Assembly: GCA_965202625.1 (NCBI GenBank)
Contig: CBDBBI010000005.1
Coordinates: 1 to 23,974 of the forward strand
Reading direction: 5' to 3'
DNA from: a bacterium
GTDB taxonomy: Bacteria > UBA8248
DNA: 23,974 nt
Below, piece by piece: positions 18,657 through 23,974 of this stretch (positions are counted from its first letter, which is position 1; the number at the start of each line of letters is the position of its first letter). The translations under genes and the position numbers were made by a program. The notes below the pieces were generated by a model. It was not told the origin of the DNA. It did not search any database and saw only the letters and a list, made by a program, of their open reading frames with translations.

Positions 18657-19366
18657 TGCAAGGGAATCAAAAGAAGGAGTTGACGCTCGCGCTTCCCAAG
18701 GGACGAATTTTCGGAGAAGCTATTGATTGTTTGGTGAAATCGGAAGTCTTGTCGAAACCCATCTCGGACAAGTCCCGAAAATTAATTCTCAAAGACTTGA
18801 ATACGGGTATCAAAATTTTGATTTTGAGAAATCACGACGTGCCCATTTACGTGGAGCGTGGTGCCGCTGACGCGGGGATCATCGGCCGCGACGTACTGCT
18901 GGAGCAGGGCAAGGACGTGTATGAGCCTTTGGACATGAATATAGCCCCGTGCCGCCTTATGGTCGCTGCACCGGAGGGTGTTGTGTGGGGGGACTTGACC
19001 GGGCGAATCACGCTTCGCGTGGCGACGAAGTTTCCGGCCATCACCACGCGCTTTTTTGAGCAAGAGGGTGTTCAGGCCCAGATCATCCGCCTGTATGGCA
19101 ACGTCGAAATCGCGCCCGCCGTGGGCGTGGCGGACTTGATCGTCGATTTGGTGGACACCGGCGGAACGCTGCGCGCCAACGGCCTGGTCGCGATTCGAGA
19201 GATATTCAGCGCGACTGCCAGGCTCATCGTCAACCGGGCGAACTTGAAGACGAACTACGAGAGGGTGAGCGAATTAATCAAGAAGCTCAGGAGCGTGATA
19301 CCCCCCGCCGATGGCGATCGCTCTCGAAACGGCGCGGGACAGGCGCCGCGCAAGGAGAAGGCGTGA
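18656..19366 (+). CDS. hisG: ATP phosphoribosyltransferase, short form (HisGs)
   Basis: LTLALPKGR, DVPIYVERGAADAGI, VATKF, LYGNVEIAP..ADLIVDLVDTGGTL. No C-terminal regulatory domain; TAATG overlap with murA. Confidence 0.95.
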   Translation: MQGNQKKELTLALPKGRIFGEAIDCLVKSEVLSKPISDKSRKLILKDLNTGIKILILRNHDVPIYVERGAADAGIIGRDVLLEQGKDVYEPLDMNIAPCRLMVAAPEGVVWGDLTGRITLRVATKFPAITTRFFEQEGVQAQIIRLYGNVEIAPAVGVADLIVDLVDTGGTLRANGLVAIREIFSATARLIVNRANLKTNYERVSELIKKLRSVIPPADGDRSRNGAGQAPRKEKA

Positions 19367-20694
19367 GGCGTTTCAGGCGCGATCAGGCGAATTTCGACAC
19401 CAAAATCGAAAGGTTGTCCTGGGGTGGTAACGACGTGGCGTCTCAAGTCGAGGCCGAGACCGGCGCGATTGTCAAGCGCGTGCGCGCGGGCGATGACGAC
19501 GCCTTGATCGCGTTGACGCGAGAACTTGACGGCGTCTCCCTAAAGGACGGGAGTCTCATCGTCGGTGATGAGGAGATAACGCGCGCCCTTCATTCGCTGT
19601 CTCCGGAGACGCTCGACGCTCTCAAACTTGCGGAGGAGCGGATTCGCGCGTTTCACGAAGCCCAGATTCCCCGGAGAATCACGATGGAAAGGACGCCCGG
19701 CGAGCGCTTGTCCCTCAACCCCGCGCCGCTTTCGCGCGTGGGCTTGTATGTGCCGGGAGGACGGGCGGCGTATCCGTCCACAGTTCTGATGAGCGCGATT
19801 CCCGCGCGCGTTGCGGGCGTGGAGGAGTTGGTTCTGTGCACCCCTCCGGGTGAGAATGGCGCGGTTCCCTCCGTCGTGTTAGCGGCGGCCTCCCTAGCGG
19901 GCCTCGAGCGTGTCGTGCGTGTCGGCGGCGCGCAGGCGGTCGCCGCTATGGCCTATGGGACGCGAAGCGTCCCCCGCGTGGATAAGATAGTGGGACCCGG
20001 AAACGTATACGTCGCGGCCGCCAAGCGCATCGTGCGCGGGCGCGTGGAAATTGACAAGGAGGCCGGGCCGAGCGAGGTGGTCGTGCTTTTGGATGATAAG
20101 GCACTGGCGGAATGGGCGGCGGCGGACCTCCTCGCGCAAGCCGAACACGACGTGCAAGCCATGGTGGTGGGCGTTTGCGTGGGCGCGGACGTGGCGGACG
20201 CTCTGCACCGAGAAACGCAAAAACAGTTACGCCTCGCCGAGCGACACGTGGAAATCTCCCAGGCATTGGAGAATCGGGGTGCCGTCATTGAGGTGGCCTC
20301 GCGCGAGGAGGCACTAGAGGTGGCCGAGATGCTCGCGCCCGAGCATTTGGAAATACTACTCGAGCGCTCGGAGGAAGCGGCTCGGGGGATTCGTTGTGCT
20401 GGCGCCGTATTTTGCGGACCGTGGAGCCCGGTTCCATTTGGGGATTACGTCGCTGGCCCCAACCATGTCCTTCCCACCGGGGGTGCCGCGCGCTTCGCAT
20501 CGCCTCTGGGCGTGTATGATTTCATTAAATGGACGAGCGAAGTGTGCTTTGACGTTTCCGCCGCATCGCGTCTATCCGAGCCCGCGGCGCGCCTTGCCGA
20601 ACTTGAGGGCTTGCCCGCGCACGCGAGGGCTTTGCGCTTAAGGCGCGAGGCTTCTTGGGGGAAGGCTGGCGAGGCGCGAACGCATCAAGCATAA
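19363..20694 (+). CDS. hisD: Histidinol dehydrogenase
   Basis: GLYVPGG, GGAQA, GPGN, AGPSE, QAEH, APEHL, GDYVAGPNHVLPT, EGLPAH; GTGA overlap with hisG. Confidence 0.96.
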   Translation: MRRFRRDQANFDTKIERLSWGGNDVASQVEAETGAIVKRVRAGDDDALIALTRELDGVSLKDGSLIVGDEEITRALHSLSPETLDALKLAEERIRAFHEAQIPRRITMERTPGERLSLNPAPLSRVGLYVPGGRAAYPSTVLMSAIPARVAGVEELVLCTPPGENGAVPSVVLAAASLAGLERVVRVGGAQAVAAMAYGTRSVPRVDKIVGPGNVYVAAAKRIVRGRVEIDKEAGPSEVVVLLDDKALAEWAAADLLAQAEHDVQAMVVGVCVGADVADALHRETQKQLRLAERHVEISQALENRGAVIEVASREEALEVAEMLAPEHLEILLERSEEAARGIRCAGAVFCGPWSPVPFGDYVAGPNHVLPTGGAARFASPLGVYDFIKWTSEVCFDVSAASRLSEPAARLAELEGLPAHARALRLRREASWGKAGEARTHQA

Positions 20695-20751
20695 TCGCGC
20701 TTGTGAAACGCCATGCTTTCGTTGGCGTTGTGACTTTCCATCCGTCGGGAG

Positions 20752-21363
20752 ATGAGAAAGGTGGTGCTGAAGCACAAAGAGAGAAAAGCGCGCGTGAGCA
20801 GAAAAACGAAGGAAACGGATTTTTCCGTCGTCCTCAACTTGGACGGCGCAGGCGCGGCCCAAATTACCACCGGAGTTGGGTTTTTCGACCACATGCTTGC
20901 TCAAATCGCCCGCCACGGGCTGGTGGACGTCACTGTGCATGGCAGAGGGGATCTCGACGTCGACGGTCATCATACGGTGGAGGACGTGGGCATCACCTTG
21001 GGTCAGACGCTGGCGAGGGCGTTGGGAGATCGGGCGGGAATCACCCGTTATGCCGATGTGCGCTTGCCCATGATGGATGCGCTCGTCCATTTGGCGGCTG
21101 ATTTCGGAGGACGCGGAAACCTCATCTTTCGCGCCGCTTTTCCCGAAGAGCGAATTGGTGCTTTTGAAACGTCGCTCGTGCGCGAGTTCTTCTGGTCGGT
21201 GGCCATGCATGCGGGAATCGACCTCCACGTTGAGGTCTGCTATGGGGACAACAGCCACCACATGGCGGAGGCCGTGTTCAAAGGCTTTGGGCGCGCGTTG
21301 CGGGCGGGAGTCGCTCTCGATCCGAGAAACGCGGGCGTGCCCAGCACGAAGGGCGTTTTGTAG
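20752..21363 (+). CDS. hisB: Imidazoleglycerol-phosphate dehydratase (monofunctional)
   Basis: [44 protein letters not shown]. Exact start uncertain. Confidence 0.96.
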   Translation: MRKVVLKHKERKARVSRKTKETDFSVVLNLDGAGAAQITTGVGFFDHMLAQIARHGLVDVTVHGRGDLDVDGHHTVEDVGITLGQTLARALGDRAGITRYADVRLPMMDALVHLAADFGGRGNLIFRAAFPEERIGAFETSLVREFFWSVAMHAGIDLHVEVCYGDNSHHMAEAVFKGFGRALRAGVALDPRNAGVPSTKGVL

Positions 21364-21402
21364 CGGGTTTTTCTCAAAGTCTTATGATGGTGGTGAGCGA
21401 AT

Positions 21403-22074
21403 ATGGCGACTGAGATCGTTGTAGTTGACTATGGGATGGGAAACGTTCTGAGCGTGAAAAACGCTTTGGCGAAAATCGGCGTCAAAGCGACTCTGAGTGA
21501 CGAGCCACGAACCCTGGAGGAGGCTTCGGGCATCATTCTGCCAGGGGTGGGCGGTTTTCCGGGCTGCATGAGCGCTTTGGAGGACGCCAGCCTCATCGAA
21601 ACCCTGCGTGGGGCGATCGATAGAGACGTTCCTTACCTTGGAATATGTCTGGGGCTTCAGATTCTGTTTGAGGAGAGCGAGGAGTTCGGGGCCACGCCGG
21701 GTTTGGGCGTCCTGCCTGGACGCGTGAGGCGTTTTCCCGAGGGAATGAGAGGAAACAGCGGCCCGCTGCCTCTCAAGGTTCCGCACATGGGTTGGAACCA
21801 GCCTCGATTTCACGTCCCGTCCCCGCTTCTCGCAGACGTGCCGAGAGGCGCCTATTTTTATTTCGTCCACTCCTACTATGCGGAGCCATCCGAGGCGGCG
21901 CGGCCCTGGATTGCGGCTACTTGCGATTTCGGCGTGCCCTTCATCGCGAGCGTCCGCAAGAAGAATCTTTACGCCACCCAGTTTCACCCTGAGAAGAGCG
22001 GCGCGATCGGCCTGGGCGTTTTGAGAAAATTCGCCGATATCTGTGGCCGCCGCGAGATTTCGAATTCTATGTGA
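21403..22074 (+). CDS. hisH: Imidazole glycerol phosphate synthase, glutaminase subunit
   Basis: DYGMGN, LPGVG, GICLG nucleophile, VPHMGWN, YFVHSY, QFHPEKS. Confidence 0.97.
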   Translation: MATEIVVVDYGMGNVLSVKNALAKIGVKATLSDEPRTLEEASGIILPGVGGFPGCMSALEDASLIETLRGAIDRDVPYLGICLGLQILFEESEEFGATPGLGVLPGRVRRFPEGMRGNSGPLPLKVPHMGWNQPRFHVPSPLLADVPRGAYFYFVHSYYAEPSEAARPWIAATCDFGVPFIASVRKKNLYATQFHPEKSGAIGLGVLRKFADICGRREISNSM

Positions 22075-22112
22075 TTTTACCTAATTAAAACGGAATTACT
22101 TAGGAGATATTG

Positions 22113-22670
22113 ATGGGTGTCGGTAATCTCTTAGGTAATTTGCTTGGCGTCGTTCTTATCATCGTTGCTTCCCTTATTGGTTTTGTTTCTCTTAAAGCCT
22201 CGGCAATTACTTTCACTGCTATTGCTTATGGACTTTGGGGATGGATACGCTATATGAATTCCTTGCTGGGCCGCATGAATTCCTTGCTGGGCCGGGAGGT
22301 TAGCGATAGCTTTCTATCTTTACTACTTGCGGAGGAGTTACGAGTATTTCAATATTATAATATACATATTCGGTTTCCGGCCGCAGGTGAAATGTGTTCC
22401 GCTTTGCTCAACCTGTTGCGTTTATCTGGTTTTGTTTGGGCGGGCTTGTGTGTATGGCATGGTCATTATGTCTTGGCTGTCATTGCGGCGGCGTTCTTTT
22501 TTGCGTCCGGGGGCGTCATCCTTAAGACCGACCCGCTTCTCTATCTCGGAAAGGCTACCCGAGCCAATAGAGATTTTGCACAGCGCGAGTTGTCTATGCT
22601 TGAATCAGTGAAGGTAAAAATCAAGATGTATATACTTGTTCCACCGGAAGAGGAAAAACGTGAGGGCTAA
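22113..22670 (+). CDS. Orphan membrane protein in an AT-rich insert
   Basis: TAGGAG SD before TTG 22110 / ATG 22113. About four hydrophobic segments. T/A-ending codons (ctt, gct, att, tta) unlike the flanking genes. No family recognised. Confidence 0.7.
   Translation: MGVGNLLGNLLGVVLIIVASLIGFVSLKASAITFTAIAYGLWGWIRYMNSLLGRMNSLLGREVSDSFLSLLLAEELRVFQYYNIHIRFPAAGEMCSALLNLLRLSGFVWAGLCVWHGHYVLAVIAAAFFFASGGVILKTDPLLYLGKATRANRDFAQRELSMLESVKVKIKMYILVPPEEEKREG
22254..22295 (+). repeat. In-frame 21-nt tandem duplication
   Basis: ATGAATTCCTTGCTGGGCCGC followed by ATGAATTCCTTGCTGGGCCGG (20 of 21 identical), encoding MNSLLGR twice. Confidence 0.95.
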
Positions 22671-22712
22671 GAGCGAGTGCCGCCAATCAGCGTTTAGCCC
22701 ACTCTAATTTTT
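22662..22712 (+). terminator. Possible terminator-like hairpin after the orphan gene
   Basis: GGGCTAA (22664-22670) pairs with TTAGCCC (22694-22700), followed by a T5 tract. The loop is large, so support is weak. Confidence 0.3.
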
Positions 22713-22963
22713 AATAGCATTGATTGTTTCCTCTAAACCCCATAAAGCCCTTTTTCTCGCTTCCTTATAGACCAAAGTTTGCAAAAGAAATCGCGGAAGG
22801 GGTTGCTTCCTCCCTGAATTGGAGGGGTGTTGACGAGGGAAGTTTCATCCCTTGAGGCTGCGTCTTCTGGGAGAACTCCTCGCCCCCGTTTGCAATCAGG
22901 CCCGTTTGGGTTTAAGGAGAGGCCCAGAGAGCGGGAGGTTCCTTACATCTTCAGGGCGGTGCC

Positions 22964-23689
22964 ATGCTCCTCATTCCAGCGATTGATCTCAAGGGCGGCA
23001 GATGCGTGAGGCTTATTCAGGGCCAGAAAGGCCGAGAGATCGTCTATGGCACCGACCCAGTGGCGTGGGCTTCACGCTGGGCGGCGGAAGGAGCACGCCG
23101 CCTTCATCTCATTGACCTGGATGGTGCTTTTGGGGGTGCGCCTGCCCACGTTGAGGTTTTGGCCCGAGTGACGGACGCCGTCGGAATACCAGTAGAGTTC
23201 GGAGGTGGCGTGCGATCGGATGAGTCGCTCGGGGCGGTCTTTGCGGCAGGGGCGAGTTTTGTCATACTCGGGACGAGCGCACTCAAGAATCCTGAATTTC
23301 TCGAATCGGTGGCCCACAGACACCCTGGGAAAATTCTTTTGGGCATAGACGCCAAGGACGGCGAAGTCCGAATCGCGGGCTGGGAGGAGAGAGATTCGGT
23401 ATCCCCGACGTTTTTGGCGAATCGCTTCTCCGACCTTCCCTTGGCCGGAATCATTTTTACAGACATCAGGCGAGACGGCACTCTGAAAGGATTTGACCCC
23501 GGGCCCACCGAGGCGTTCGCCGAGGCTTGTGATCTGCCCGTCATCGCCGCCGGCGGTGTGAGCCGGCTTGAGGACGTTGAAAAATTGATTCCTCTTGCGG
23601 ATAAAGGCATCGTCGGCGCCGTCGTGGGGCGCGCCCTATATGAGGGGACCCTGGATTTCACCAAAGCGATGGAGATGCTCTCTTGCTAG
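22964..23689 (+). CDS. hisA: ProFAR isomerase
   Basis: [59 protein letters not shown]. Confidence 0.97.
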   Translation: MLLIPAIDLKGGRCVRLIQGQKGREIVYGTDPVAWASRWAAEGARRLHLIDLDGAFGGAPAHVEVLARVTDAVGIPVEFGGGVRSDESLGAVFAAGASFVILGTSALKNPEFLESVAHRHPGKILLGIDAKDGEVRIAGWEERDSVSPTFLANRFSDLPLAGIIFTDIRRDGTLKGFDPGPTEAFAEACDLPVIAAGGVSRLEDVEKLIPLADKGIVGAVVGRALYEGTLDFTKAMEMLSC

Positions 23690-23974
23690 CTAAGCGCATC
23701 ATTCCTTGTCTTGACGTCAAGGAAGGCCGAGTGGTGAAAGGGGTGAATTTTGAGGGTTTGCGCGATGCGGGAGATCCGGTGGAGTGCGCCGCTCATTACG
23801 ATGAAATGGGGGCGGATGAAATCTGTTTTTTGGACATCAGTGCCTCGAAGGAGAAGCGCGGCGCCCTGCTCGATATTGTGAGCCGCGCGGCGGAGCGTGT
23901 GTTTGTTCCGCTCACGGTGGGCGGCGGCGTGCGCTCGGAGGGCGATGTGCGTGATTTGCTGAGAGCGGGAGCGG
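23683..23974 (+). CDS. hisF: Imidazole glycerol phosphate synthase cyclase subunit (runs off the window end)
   Basis: Absent from the ORF track. GGAG at 23671, TTG at 23683: [53 protein letters not shown]. Confidence 0.96.
   Translation, partial: MLAKRIIPCLDVKEGRVVKGVNFEGLRDAGDPVECAAHYDEMGADEICFLDISASKEKRGALLDIVSRAAERVFVPLTVGGGVRSEGDVRDLLRAGA

Noticed and set aside
22099-22704. Integron cassette (TTAGGAG at the 5' end, GGCTAA...TTAGCC overlapping the stop)
   Set aside because: The cores do not match RYYYAAC/GTTRRRY, the hairpin is only ~37 nt with no L boxes, and no intI is present. TTAGGAG is explained as the SD. IntegronFinder would settle it.

Overview
A GC-rich (roughly 60% by eye) bacterial core-genome segment with every credible gene on the + strand. 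In order: a split or frameshifted membrane-protein ORF; rluD; a thiolase / 3-hydroxyacyl-CoA dehydrogenase / acyl-CoA dehydrogenase cluster; gcvT-gcvH-gcvP with a LipM-like octanoyltransferase; tRNA-Gly(CCC); a decayed, HTH-truncated WYL regulator that starts at the tRNA 3' end and runs in frame into the first of two DUF507-like genes; coaE; a ~400-nt AT-rich leader and rho; rpmE with a long charged tail; prfA-prmC-murA; and hisG(short)-hisD-hisB-hisH-[AT-rich orphan insert]-hisA-hisF(partial). The gene order suggests a Nitrospinota/Nitrospirota/deltaproteobacteria-like organism (inference only). I found no CRISPR array, integrase, transposase or clearly complete new system. The strongest leads are the tRNA-Gly/WYL junction and WYL-DUF507 read-through, MurA with Asp at the fosfomycin-target Cys, a candidate -1 frameshift site in the first gene, the extended L31, and the orphan insert in the his operon. 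All family assignments come from motif recognition by eye, not database searches.
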